Assembly (NCBI GenBank): GCA_965207225.1
Contig: CBDBLV010000003.1
Span: 64,001-128,000 of the forward strand
Origin: Dehalococcoidia bacterium
GTDB taxonomy: Bacteria; Chloroflexota; Dehalococcoidia; Plut-88900
Length of the DNA stretch: 64,000 bases
Direction: 5' to 3'
Made by a program: the position numbers and the translations under genes. Numbering within the stretch: the stretch's first letter is position 1; each line of letters begins with the position of its first letter. The notes under the pieces were generated by a model, which was not told the DNA's origin, did not search any database, and saw only the letters and a list, made by a program, of their open reading frames with translations. Below are positions 21,284 to 31,233 of this stretch, one piece after another.

Positions 21284-22948
21284 ATGACGAAGAAGCACCT
21301 ACAGCCCCTGACGCCGGCGGCGCTCTACGCCAGGGTGTCCAGCGACCGCCAGGACGTGGACCTGTCCGTGTCCGCCCAGCTTCGGGCGCTCAAGGAGTAC
21401 GCCAGGGCCAACGGCTACTCCGTGGCCCGGGAGTACATCGACGAGGCCGAGAGCGGGCGAGTCGCCGACCGGCCCCAGTTCCGGGAGATGATCGACGAGG
21501 GCTCCAAGCCCCAGGCGCCTTTTGCGGTGATTTTAGTCTGGAAGTTTTCGAGATTCACCCGCAAGCGGGAGCACGCCGTGGCCTTCAAGTCCCAGCTGCG
21601 GCGCAAGGGCATCCGGGTGGTGTCCATCACCGAGCAGGCCGAGGACAACGCCACCGGCAGGCTGCTGGAGGGCATCATCGAGAGCGTCGATGAATACTAC
21701 AGCGAGAATTTGGCGCAGGAGGTCGTCCGGGGCATGAGGGAGGCTGCGTCGCGGGGTTTCTTCCTCGGCTCGAAGGCACCCTTCGGCTACAAGAAGATCA
21801 AGGTGCAGGACGGCCCCAAGGAGCGCCCCTCGCTGGAGGTGGACCCGGCCACGGCTCCTGTAGTGAAGGAGATATTCGAGAAGTCTCTAAACGGTCACGG
21901 ACTCAAGGAGCTTTGCAAGGAACTGAACGACCGGGGCGTCACCAACCGGGGCAAGCGCTGGTACAAGGGCGGTCTCCACTACGTGCTGCGGAACGAGGCG
22001 TACACCGGAACAGCGGTGTGGGGACTCAAGGGCAAGGGAGAGAAGACCCAGGACCCGGTGAGGGTTGAGGGAGCGTGGCCCGCGCTGGTGTCGAGGGAGT
22101 TGTTCGACGAGGTTCAGCAAGCCATGAGCGAGCGCGCCCCGAAGGTGCAGAGGCCCGCGAGGGTGGGAAGCCCCTATCTGCTGAGCGGCCTGCTCAAGTG
22201 CGGGGTGTGCGGCAGGCCCTACTCGGCCCAGGGAGCCAAGAGCGGCCAGTTCGCCTACTACATCTGCGGGACGCTGTTCCGGGAGGGAGCGGGGACGTGC
22301 AGTGCCCGCTACCTGAACGCTTCCAGGGTGGAGGAGTTCGTGGTGGAGAAGATCAGGGAGCGCATCCTCACCGAGGAGACCATCGTGGAGCTGGTGCAGC
22401 TTGTGGCGGAGGAGATCGACGCGATGGCCGGTGAGCTTGCAGGGAGGCTGGAGTCTGTGGAGGCGGAGTTGTCCGACGTGCAGAGGCGTCTTGGGAAGCT
22501 CTACGAGGCCATCGAGACGAGCGACCTGACGCTGGAGGTGCTGTCGCCCCGCATCATGTCCCTGCGGCACCGCGAGGAGCAATTGGAGGCTGCGCGTGAG
22601 GACGCCGAGACCCAGCTGGAACAGCGGAGAGTGGAATTGCCCGACACCGAGGAAATCGCGCGGTACGTGGCGGACTTCCGGGACTTCCTGAAGCAGGGGA
22701 CGATACCGGAGCGCAAGGCGCTCATCCGCAACTTCGTGGAGGGCATCGAGGTGGAGGGAAACGAGGCGACGCTGACGTACACGGTCCCCATGCCGAGCGA
22801 CGGCGTGACCAGGGAATCGGCCTCGGTTCTTGATTTCGTCCAGTTCAGCCCACCAGACTTGACGGTAGACAGAACCGGAGCGTGCAAAGCCACCTCCTCG
22901 GCGTCCCTTCCCCCTATGGGAGCATCCTCCGGCATGGGTATGGAGTAG
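21284..22948 (+). CDS. Large serine recombinase LSR1 (integrase of E-mid)
   Basis: YARVSS catalytic motif, recombinase domain, LLSGLLKCGVCG Zn ribbon and coiled coil; GGAGG RBS. Residues after 22851 are read-through into E-right. Confidence 0.95.
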   Translation: MTKKHLQPLTPAALYARVSSDRQDVDLSVSAQLRALKEYARANGYSVAREYIDEAESGRVADRPQFREMIDEGSKPQAPFAVILVWKFSRFTRKREHAVAFKSQLRRKGIRVVSITEQAEDNATGRLLEGIIESVDEYYSENLAQEVVRGMREAASRGFFLGSKAPFGYKKIKVQDGPKERPSLEVDPATAPVVKEIFEKSLNGHGLKELCKELNDRGVTNRGKRWYKGGLHYVLRNEAYTGTAVWGLKGKGEKTQDPVRVEGAWPALVSRELFDEVQQAMSERAPKVQRPARVGSPYLLSGLLKCGVCGRPYSAQGAKSGQFAYYICGTLFREGAGTCSARYLNASRVEEFVVEKIRERILTEETIVELVQLVAEEIDAMAGELAGRLESVEAELSDVQRRLGKLYEAIETSDLTLEVLSPRIMSLRHREEQLEAAREDAETQLEQRRVELPDTEEIARYVADFRDFLKQGTIPERKALIRNFVEGIEVEGNEATLTYTVPMPSDGVTRESASVLDFVQFSPPDLTVDRTGACKATSSASLPPMGASSGMGME

Positions 22949-24432
22949 CGTAGCAGCGCGTTCCCCGGCATCACGACGATCTCCTTCACGAAGGACTCGA
23001 TGAAGGCCCTCCGCTCGGTCAGCTCGCTCTCGTTGAGGAACACGCTCAGGTCCTGGGCATAGGCCGTGATGGTCTCCACGTCGTCCAGCACCTCCCTGCG
23101 CTGGGAGAGAATGGCCCTGGCCTCAACAGCCGACGCCTCCAGCTTCTCCTGCCGCTCCCTGTGGTCTCTGATGCGGGGCTTGAAGTCCTCGATGTCCAGA
23201 TCGGTAGTCTCCGCTAGGTCGTAGAGCCGCCCCAGCCTGCGCTTCACGTCCTCAAGCTCAGACTCGATGGTCTGAAGCTTCTGCCGCTGCTCCTTTGCGA
23301 TGCCGTCCATCTCCTCGTCCACCAGCTTCACCAACTCCCGGATGTTGGAGTCGGTGAGCACATTCTGACGTATCTTCCCCACCACCATCTCCTCGAAGCG
23401 CCGTGCGTTGAGCCTGGGAGTCTCGCAGGCGTGCCTGCCCCGTTTCATGATCGACTGGCAGACGTAGTAGGCATACTTCCCGCTCTTGGCGTCCTGGCCG
23501 CTGAGCGCCCCGTCGCACGCCTTACACTTGACCATCCCGCTGAGCAGGTAGGTGCTTCCCACCCTGCGGGGGTGAGTCTTCCTGGGAGCGCGGGAGCGCA
23601 TGCGCCTGTTCACCCTCTTGAACTGGGCCTTGGAGATGATTCCGGGAAACGCCTTGTCCACCCTCACCGGCTCATCCTTGCCCTTTCCGCCGACGCCCCA
23701 GAGGAGGGTTCCGGCGTAGGCTTCGTTGCGGAGGATGATGTGGACGCCGTTCTTGGACCAGAGCCTGCCCGTGGGATTGGCGATGCCCTCTGTGTTGAGG
23801 GTCTGGGCGATGTCCAGGATGCCCCTGCCCGACTCGGCCATGGAGAAGATGCGCTGGACCACGGGAGCGGTGGCGGGATCGGGCTCCAGGGTTGGGCGCT
23901 TCTTGGCCCCGTCCTGTACCATGCGCTTGGCGTAGCCGTAGGGCACGCGGCTGGCGACCCAAAAGCCTCTGGAGGCCGCTTCCCGCATCCCCCGCCGAAC
24001 TTCCTCGGCAAGATTTTCCGAGTAAAACTCGTCCACCGACTCGATGATGGCCTCCATGAGCCTGCCGGTGGCGGAGTCGTCTGCGTGCTCGGTGATGGAG
24101 ACGACGCGGACGCCCTTGCGCCTGAGCATGGACTTGAAGGCGACGGCGTGCTCACGCTTGCGGGTGAACCTGCTAAATTTCCAAACAAGAATCTCCGCAA
24201 ACGGGGCCTCCGGCTTGCTGGCCTCGTCCAGCATCTTGCGGAACTGGGGCCGGTCGGCGATGCGTCCGCTCTCGGCCTCGTCGATGTACTCCCGTGCGAC
24301 GGTGTAGCCGTTCTTGTCGGCGTAGTCGCGCAATGCCCGCAGCTGGGCGGCCACGGACAGGTCCACGTCCTGGCGGTCGCTGGAGACCCTGGCGTACAGG
24401 GCGACGGGTATCAGGTCGGTCCGTTCACTCAT
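22501..24432 (-). CDS. Large serine recombinase LSR2 (integrase of E-right)
   Basis: YARVSS motif; paralogue of LSR1; GGAGG RBS before ATG 24432. Residues left of 22850 are read-through antisense to LSR1. Confidence 0.93.
   Translation of the reverse strand: MSERTDLIPVALYARVSSDRQDVDLSVAAQLRALRDYADKNGYTVAREYIDEAESGRIADRPQFRKMLDEASKPEAPFAEILVWKFSRFTRKREHAVAFKSMLRRKGVRVVSITEHADDSATGRLMEAIIESVDEFYSENLAEEVRRGMREAASRGFWVASRVPYGYAKRMVQDGAKKRPTLEPDPATAPVVQRIFSMAESGRGILDIAQTLNTEGIANPTGRLWSKNGVHIILRNEAYAGTLLWGVGGKGKDEPVRVDKAFPGIISKAQFKRVNRRMRSRAPRKTHPRRVGSTYLLSGMVKCKACDGALSGQDAKSGKYAYYVCQSIMKRGRHACETPRLNARRFEEMVVGKIRQNVLTDSNIRELVKLVDEEMDGIAKEQRQKLQTIESELEDVKRRLGRLYDLAETTDLDIEDFKPRIRDHRERQEKLEASAVEARAILSQRREVLDDVETITAYAQDLSVFLNESELTERRAFIESFVKEIVVMPGNALLRYSIPMPEDAPIGGRDAEEVALHAPVLSTVKSGGLNWTKSRTEADSLVTPSLGMGTVYVSVASFPSTSMPSTKLRMSALRSGIVPCFRKSRKSATYRAISSVSGNSTLRCSSWVSASSRAASNCSSRCRRDMMRGDSTSSVRSLVSMAS
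22826..22875. other. LSR recombination junction J2 (E-mid | E-right), inside both LSR genes
   Basis: GTTCTTGATTTCGTCCAGTTCAGC-CC-ACCAGACTTGACGGTAGACAGAAC: 50 bp centred on CC at 22850-22851. Confidence 0.85.
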
Positions 24433-24486
24433 TGGTTCCTCCTTCGTATCGGCCATACTGTTCGGCGTCGTGCGAGTAGAGGCTTC

Positions 24487-25605
24487 TCACCGCGCTGGAT
24501 TCGCCCCCCAGCACTCCGTCAGGCCCTGTTCGGCGTCAATGGACGGCACCCCGGCGACCGGCTCCGCACTCACCAACGCCACGCCCGTATCGTGGAAGCC
24601 GAGGTCGGTTGCGGGCTGCGGCTTCTGTCCGGTCTTGGCGAACTCGACCACGGCCTCAACGCCCTGCATTGCCATCCGAACCGGAAACTGCATGGCGGTG
24701 GCTCCAAGCTCTCCGCTGGCGACCCTGTTCACTCCGGAACAGGCCCCGTCGATGGTGACGATCAGCACCTCGCGCTCCAGCCCCATGGAACGGAGCGCCG
24801 TGTATGCTCCCGCCGCCGCGGGCTCGTTGATGGCGTACACCAGGCGGATCGACGGGTCCATGCGCATCAGTCGCTCCATCGCGCTGCGTCCACCTGCTTC
24901 CGCGCCCATGGTGGCAGCGCTGCCGGCGATGCGCGGGTCGTCCTCGTCGTACTTCACCCCCGGGTCCTTGATGTCGATGCCGAAGCCGTGGAGGAAGCCC
25001 TGGTTGCGCATCACGTCGACGGTGACCGGCGTCTCGTAACCGTCCAGCGTCGCGATCCGCGTCCGGGCCGCCAGCGGCCCCAGCTTCTCCCGCGCCCAGA
25101 TGCCGACTAGTTCACCGGCCCGGAAGTTGTCGGTGGCGAAGGTGGCGTCAACCGTGTCCGGCAGGTCGAAGGGTGTGTCGAGGGCGATCACCAGCACGCC
25201 CTCCGCACGCGCTTGCGCGACCGACGGGGCGAGGGCCAGCGGGTCCGACGGGGTGATGAGGATGCCCTTCGCGCCCGCCGCGACCAGTTCCTCGATGGCC
25301 GCTATCTGCGCCTGTGCATCCCCGTCGTAGGCGCCGCTGTAGGTGCGCAGTTCGACGCCGAGCTCCCCGGCGCGCTCAAGCGCCACCTCGGCCATGGTGA
25401 CGAAGAAGGGGTTGCCCTCGGTCTTGGTAATCATCCCCACGACCACGAGGTCGGCCTCGGTGGAAGCAGGTTCCTGAGCGCAACCGATGAAAATCACGAC
25501 GATAAGGCAGAACGACATGGCGACGAAGGACGGCACCCTGGCAGACATGGCAACAGGCGTGCGGCCATTCGTCCGATTCATAGGTACGTTCTGCTCTCGT
25601 TTCAT
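24487..25605 (-). CDS. Sugar ABC transporter substrate-binding lipoprotein (FrcB/RbsB-like), orphan
   Basis: ITKTEGNPFF, VIALDTP, FATDNFRAG, YAINEPAA and TAMQFP; FIGC lipobox-like motif; start uncertain. Confidence 0.85.
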   Translation of the reverse strand: MKREQNVPMNRTNGRTPVAMSARVPSFVAMSFCLIVVIFIGCAQEPASTEADLVVVGMITKTEGNPFFVTMAEVALERAGELGVELRTYSGAYDGDAQAQIAAIEELVAAGAKGILITPSDPLALAPSVAQARAEGVLVIALDTPFDLPDTVDATFATDNFRAGELVGIWAREKLGPLAARTRIATLDGYETPVTVDVMRNQGFLHGFGIDIKDPGVKYDEDDPRIAGSAATMGAEAGGRSAMERLMRMDPSIRLVYAINEPAAAGAYTALRSMGLEREVLIVTIDGACSGVNRVASGELGATAMQFPVRMAMQGVEAVVEFAKTGQKPQPATDLGFHDTGVALVSAEPVAGVPSIDAEQGLTECWGANPAR

Positions 25606-25607
25606 CC

Positions 25608-25832
25608 CTATTCGTCCCGGGCTGAGCGCCGCCGCTGCATTCGTTCCTTGATACGCCACTCCCGTTCCTCCATGTACAGGCGGATGGCCTCCCGGAGCAC
25701 CTCGCTCAGGGTGCGGCTCTCGTCCTTCACCACCTGTCGCACCTGTTGGGCCATCTCTGGGGGCAGGGAGAAGGTGATGGTGTCGGTGTTCCTCGGCTTG
25801 ACGGGCAACGTGCGCTCCCCATTTTTGTCCAT
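25608..25832 (-). CDS. Ribbon-helix-helix (CopG-like) regulator
   Basis: TITFSLPPEM...RTLSEVLREAIRLY. Confidence 0.75.
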   Translation of the reverse strand: MDKNGERTLPVKPRNTDTITFSLPPEMAQQVRQVVKDESRTLSEVLREAIRLYMEEREWRIKERMQRRRSARDE

Positions 25833-26367
25833 TGATATAGTGTAGCGTCTTACTCTCTATCATCCCCCATCGGCAACCCCGCCGTCAAGGGAGAGATGGC
25901 AGGAACCGGGCCGGGAGACCCTGACCCTGCGATTTTGCTGCGACAGTGTTGCACCATTGCAGCGAGCAATCTGCCAGCGTGGGCAAGGTCCGTCTCAGGT
26001 CGTCTGGAGCCGTCAAATGACTCCCCGGATGCCGGATGTGATGTGCTACCCGTGTACAAGGATTTGTGTCAGTTCCCAAAAGGGAAGTCGGGGCTGTTCT
26101 GAAGCTGAATCAGGCCGAAACGGAGGGTGTTGCTAAACGAGAGCGAGCACTTCGATATAAGGGCAGGTTCACCCGATTCGGGCAAGACTTCCCAAAAGGG
26201 AACTGAGGGCATTGGGTGCCTAGAGCGTCTCTTCAGCTACATAGGAGCCACAACGCAGCGAGCGATCCGGCGGGGCCGGTTAAGGCGGCCGATACGCCTT
26301 CTGAAGCTGCCCGGAGCTCCTTCGGGGGCCGGTTTTGATGTCGTGGGGGTGTACAGGGATTGGCGTC

Positions 26368-26935
26368 AGTTGCAGAAATGCAAGTCGGGGGCGCTTCCAA
26401 GCTGAAATCGGGCGAAAGGGAGGGGAGGTTGGCAAGTGAGCAAGCAATGTTTGGTCGGGGCGTGTTCCACGGCGTTGGGTGAGAGTTGCAGAAATGCAAG
26501 TCGGCAAGATGGCCACATCGGAGCCGCATCGCAGCAAGCGATGCCGAGGCCCTCTGGGACGGCGACAGTACGATGGTTGACACGTCACGCGGCCGAGAGC
26601 GCCCTCCAGGCCGAGAAGGAGATGGGCGGCGCTCCCGCCGGTTCTGCAACGAATTGTACTTTTGGGAGCTGTTGGGGGCTGACACGGTAAGTAGTGGGAA
26701 TGGCCTTTTGTCCCCTATAGGAAGTCCTGGGAACGGCTCGGTGGGACAAGTTGCGGCATGTTGCGCAGTCTGCGGCGTCCGTGTGTGAGACGTAGTGGCC
26801 GGGCGGCTGTAGGCAGGGACCGTAGCTGGGAGGCGAGGGTGACGGGGTGTGTGACGCGGCGGCGAAAAGGGCCTGATGGGTCGGTTCTGCAACGGACTGT
26901 ACTTCTGAGGGCGGTAGCGAGATTGGTGACCGGTC
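26368..26935. repeat. Iteron-like repeats in the non-coding block downstream of Replic_Relax copy 3
   Basis: AGTTGCAGAAATGCAAGTCGG at 26368 and 26484 (21/21). CGGTTCTGCAACG...TGTACTT at 26639 and 26882 carries the inverted GTTGCAGAA. GACCGGTC at 26928. Confidence 0.7.
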
Positions 26936-27006
26936 ATGTGGGCAAGTTGTCCCAGCAAGGCTGCTGGGACGACCCCTATTGGAAGGGTTCGGAACGGAAA
27001 GGGCGG

Positions 27007-29046
27007 TCATTGCGCAGGCTGATGCATCACGGAAATCGGCCTTCTGTGGAGGGAATATGGCGGGGGCAGTATCCATGAATCCCCCAGGACGCCGTGCTCG
27101 GCAAGGTCCACAGTGTTCGATGTGACGATGGGCGCGTCGTCCTCTGCGTCGGCGACGTCGAGGAAGGCTGACTCAGTAGCGGGGGACTCGAAGACGAAGA
27201 GCACGTGAGGCAGGTGTCCCCCGTGGTCTCGCTTCGCCCAGCCACTACGGAAGTAGCGCCGGTAGGACCTCAGGCGTTTGGGGATGCGCTTTGGTGTTGT
27301 GGCTCTCCGCTCGAACTCCAGAAGGAACGGACGCCACTCGCCCTTGTACTCCAGGGTGAAGGAGGCGTCGGGGTGGATGGCGTAGGTGGTCTGGTCGTGG
27401 CGGTAGCCGATGCTGGAGCGGTGGGTGGGCAGCAGGTCGAACAGGTCGTAGTCCGGGGAATTAGCGACCTCGGCTGAGAGGGCTGAAGCGAAGCGGACGA
27501 CGCCGGCGTGGTGGCGCAGCTGGGCGGCCAGGGCGCGCAGGGCTGTCCCGACGTAGACGGAGGGCTTCCTGAGGGTGAGTTCAGGGCTCCAGCGGTCGAG
27601 GGTGAGGCCGACGGCGGCCCGGTCCCGGCGGGCCAGATGCGTCAACCCCTCGTCGGTGAGCATGAGCAGGGAGCCGTCCTCCCGCACTAGGCCGTGCTCA
27701 CGGAGGGAGCGGAGCACCTGGTTGACCCGGCGCAGGGTGACGCCGCCCATCAGTCCCGCAAGCTGCTCACGGGTGCATAGGGGCCATGCCGACAGCAGGT
27801 TCAGGGCGTCCTTCCCGGCGCGGGTGAGTTGCGCCGAGAGAGATGACGTGAGTTGCTCGCCAGGCTCCGGCATGGCGGCCTTCACACGGGAGGAGTAGAG
27901 GTCTTCGAGCTCGGGCCTCGGGTTGTCGCGGAAGAATGAATGAGACTTGTCCAGCAGCCGATCCATCCAGGCCATGATGCTTCTCAGGGACGCGCCGGGG
28001 TCGATAGGCACGGGCGGGTCGATGTCCCGTCCGTCTCCGCACTGTTGCCAGACGGCGCCGGTGTGGGCAACGGCCAGGAGCTCCCCTTCCGTCGCCGCGA
28101 AGGTCCTGCGGTGCTCCGATGGGTCTCCCAGTGAGCGTATGGCCCTGCGGGTGGCCTGGTCGGCATGGGTCAGGACCAGGGTGGCGAAGGGCCTCTCCCG
28201 GCTGGGGAGGCGCTCGACGCTTCTAAGGCGGTAGCGCAGGTTGGAGGTGGGCAGGGTCGCTCCCTGGCGGATGATGCCGATGGAGCGTCCACCGGACATG
28301 GTGATCAGCATGTCGTAGGGGCCGCTGCGGTAGTGGTCCACGCGCACGGGCTTCTCATGCGGGTCAGCATCGGCGATCATGGCGGCGACGCGGTAGTGCA
28401 CGGCCACGGCGTCCATACGCTCGGCCAGCAGCCGGACCCACTGCCTGGACACCGGGTACTCGCTGAGGAAGTGGTCCGTGCCGTGCTCGATCCGCCCTCC
28501 GGCGACGATCCCCTGCTTCGTGGGGAAGTAACGGCGCTGGGGCCGGGAGCCGAGAATGCCCAGGTGGTGCGGCACGGAGGCCGCCAGGCCCCGACTGGCG
28601 AGCTTGCCTAGGCGTTCTCTCATAGTGGAGGCTGGGACTCTGCCGAAGCGGGAGAGTTCGTCCACGGTGGCCAGGGGTGTGGCGCAGACCAGCCGGAGAG
28701 CGTCCTCAAGGGCCTCGGACAGGCGCTTGGAACCGGTCGCCGGGCCGCCGTCCTTCAGCCGCCGTCTGGCTCGCGCTTGGAGTATCAGCCGCTCCTCGGC
28801 GTCCTCCACCGCCTCTGGTCTGTCGCCCACTTGCTCCAGCACCGCGCTGGGGATAGCGCGCCCGGCGTGGCCCCGGTCGAGGAAGCGCCACAGGGTGTGA
28901 CGGGACACGCCGAGGGTCTCGGCCGCCTTGGGCCTCCCGTGCAGCACGGCGTAGGTGCGCACGTAGTCCCGGACCGCCTCATCGAGGTCCGCTCCACCCT
29001 GCGCCGCGCCGTTCGATGCTTGTGTTCGTGTATCCGTGGCTGCCAC
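27007..29046 (-). CDS. Replic_Relax (MOB_C-like) protein, copy 3, intact and divergent, with extra N-terminal HTH
   Basis: YPVSRQWVRLLAERMDAVAVHYR matches copies 1 and 2; HPDASF...FLLEFER...Y-RYF motif. Confidence 0.8.
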   Translation of the reverse strand: MAATDTRTQASNGAAQGGADLDEAVRDYVRTYAVLHGRPKAAETLGVSRHTLWRFLDRGHAGRAIPSAVLEQVGDRPEAVEDAEERLILQARARRRLKDGGPATGSKRLSEALEDALRLVCATPLATVDELSRFGRVPASTMRERLGKLASRGLAASVPHHLGILGSRPQRRYFPTKQGIVAGGRIEHGTDHFLSEYPVSRQWVRLLAERMDAVAVHYRVAAMIADADPHEKPVRVDHYRSGPYDMLITMSGGRSIGIIRQGATLPTSNLRYRLRSVERLPSRERPFATLVLTHADQATRRAIRSLGDPSEHRRTFAATEGELLAVAHTGAVWQQCGDGRDIDPPVPIDPGASLRSIMAWMDRLLDKSHSFFRDNPRPELEDLYSSRVKAAMPEPGEQLTSSLSAQLTRAGKDALNLLSAWPLCTREQLAGLMGGVTLRRVNQVLRSLREHGLVREDGSLLMLTDEGLTHLARRDRAAVGLTLDRWSPELTLRKPSVYVGTALRALAAQLRHHAGVVRFASALSAEVANSPDYDLFDLLPTHRSSIGYRHDQTTYAIHPDASFTLEYKGEWRPFLLEFERRATTPKRIPKRLRSYRRYFRSGWAKRDHGGHLPHVLFVFESPATESAFLDVADAEDDAPIVTSNTVDLAEHGVLGDSWILPPPYSLHRRPISVMHQPAQ

Positions 29047-29245
29047 TTGGTTCTCCGCTTGTCAGCAAGTCCCAACGTCCCATCTTGAACGGCAAATTGT
29101 TCGCATGTAACGCCTTGCAAGCCGTTGTATTGGCGTGGGATTTGTGGTAGAGGCGGGGCCGTGATCACGATGCCCTGAGCCGCCGCCAGGATGACGCAGC
29201 CTTGAGGATGCGGCATTGAGGATGCGGGGCTTGCTTGATGGCGGT

Positions 29246-29485
29246 TCATCCGCCGGCGTCTCTGCCGGACGGCAGGTCTGTCCGCTCGTCCGCTGCCTTG
29301 GGTATCTCACCCCGCAGATGGGCGCGGACGATCATCCGGGCCAGGATGCGCAGCCCGTGTTGGAGCTGAGCTCGCTGCTCGGCGGTGTAGGGCTCCCTCG
29401 GCCCGTCGATGGAGGGATCGGAAGCGTCTCCTCCGCTCCTCTTCCTTTGCCCGTTCCTTGTATCTTCTCTATTGCCGTCTCTCAT
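29246..29485 (-). CDS. Small hypothetical protein upstream of Replic_Relax
   Basis: YTAEQRAQLQHGLRILARMIVRAHLR amphipathic helix; a similar LRILTRM stretch recurs near 30450-30480. Confidence 0.45.
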   Translation of the reverse strand: MRDGNREDTRNGQRKRSGGDASDPSIDGPREPYTAEQRAQLQHGLRILARMIVRAHLRGEIPKAADERTDLPSGRDAGG

Positions 29486-29625
29486 GGGTCACAGTCGCAG
29501 CGGCGGTTCGTCGGGCCGCTGGCCTCTCGTCTACAGGTGTCCTGGGTGGCCGCCGGGCACAGACGGACCGGCTGGTGGGCTACCGCCCGGTCTTTACGTC
29601 AGTGTGGGCGACCGGAATGGCGAGC

Positions 29626-29675
29626 GTTATCCCCTGGAAGGGACTACATCGGTGTAGTGGCTTCCAGGGGACAAC
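29626..29675. repeat. Long hairpin
   Basis: GTTATCCCCTGGAAG-gg-ACTACA-tcgg-TGTAGT-gg-CTTCCAGGGGACAAC. Confidence 0.75.
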
Positions 29676-31233
29676 ACGGATGTATCCAGTGACGGTGAGT
29701 CGCAATGGGCCGAGCTCCCCTCCGGGCTGAGGCCGGGGAGGCCGAGGCGTCACAGGGGTTGTCGGTCTCCCTGTCCAACTCAGCGCCAAGATGTTCACCT
29801 CCTGCGGTTTGCTGTGGTTCACCGGACCGCCGGCATCTCAAGAGAGTGTGAACGACCGGGACGCCGAAAAAGACCTCACGCATGGTGGCGCCACGGAAGG
29901 TCTCCAATCAGGGAGCCGTTTCTTGCAGTGGCAGGGGTGTACAGGAAATGGAGTTTGGTGACGAAGTGACCTGAGTCGTGATTTCGTAGCTGAATCAGGG
30001 GTAAATCGGCCCCTATGGGACGTAACCGGCGAGCAATCTGTTGAAAGGCCCCAGTTCGGTCTCTAATGACAAAAGAGGGCTTGAGGCGGGGGTGTCTGCA
30101 CCGGAGAAAATCGACGGTCCGATCACAACAGCCGCCAAAAATCCCGCTTGAGGCGGGGGTGCGTGACGTCGGGACAGCGCCGGACGGGACCGGGTGCGGT
30201 TCCCGGCGGGATGAGCCGCCCAGGTGCCTGGAGCTTCGGTGTCAGCGCCAACTCGTTTACCTCCCTGCGGACTGCTGCTGACCGTTGGACCGCAGCGCCT
30301 GCAAAAGAGTGTGAACAACGGACGGGCGATCCGGAACCTCCCACGGGGCGGTGCGGAAATGCACCTGCCCGTATGCGGGTGCGAACATGCACCGCCTCCC
30401 GAGGGCTTGCGAAGCCCGCGACACCTCCCGCCACAGGAAGGGCGAATGGACATGCGGGTCAGGATGCGCAGCGTCTCTCGCCGCTTGACGGTGTGGGCCG
30501 CCGTCGCTCCATTCGAGGGCGTGGCAACCCACTTTGATGGCTTCCTTCTATCGACCCCTTTCATCCCGCTCCTCTTGGCAGGTATTGGCGGGATTGCAGA
30601 CTGGCCTTTCCGCCCTTGACGCCGGTTCTGTGGCGTCCTTAGGCGAGTTTGCGGATATGGGAGAACGAGCGGTATCCCTCGGAGGGGACTACGTCAATGC
30701 AAATGGGTTGCTGGCCCCCTGATGCGTCAGCTTCCTATCGGTGACGACACTGCGAGGGGCTTCCTTGAAGTCAGGGGGGCAGTACGCAGAAACAGACTCG
30801 CTGCAAGTTGCAGATTCGCGCTGTTTCAAAGCTGAGATGGAGAGGCACGTCTCCCTACCGGGCCAAATCACAGAACACTTTGTGTCAGGGGCCGGTTGCA
30901 GGAAATAGCAACTTGCATGAGGGTGCGGAATGGACGGAATTGAGCGAGGGATCGTGGCCGCTATCGGCCCGCCAACGGTTTCAGGCTGGCCGAGTGCCGA
31001 TGGGCTGACCTGTCAGACTACAATCGCTCAGAGGCGGCTATCGCAGTGCGAGGGCTGTAAGGAGATTAGGAGCACATTGTAGAATACAATCTCGGTGATA
31101 TTCGTAGCTGTTTGAAGGGGAATACGGGATGCCTGAAGGCAATCCGGCGAGCAGTTTTACTGCGGGTCAGTGCTAAGTCTGTTGTACTGATTGTATTGTA
31201 GTCTGTTGTAGTTTCTGAGGTAAGGAGGAGCCA

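Larger units (their letters stand above)
3934..22850 (+). mobile_element. E-mid: complete ~18.9-kb LSR integrative element
   Basis: Flanked by the 15-bp direct repeat GCCCACCAGACTTGA (3931-3945, 22848-22862). Joining the ends gives an attP with a perfect GGTTCTTGATTT/AAATCAAGAACC inverted repeat. LSR lies at the right end. Confidence 0.85.

Noticed and set aside
23431-25110. Long antisense ORFs (e.g. 23431-25110, 41028-42755, 33909-35411)
   Set aside because: Shadow frames of GC-rich genes on the opposite strand with no recognisable motifs.
24487-25863. 458-aa ORF as one protein
   Set aside because: The N-terminal extension overlaps the RHH gene; the binding protein starts near 25605 or later.
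29114-29132. IHF-like boxes (CAA-N4-TTG) near 2109, 29115 and 43096
   Set aside because: Short and degenerate; cannot be separated from chance without a statistical test.
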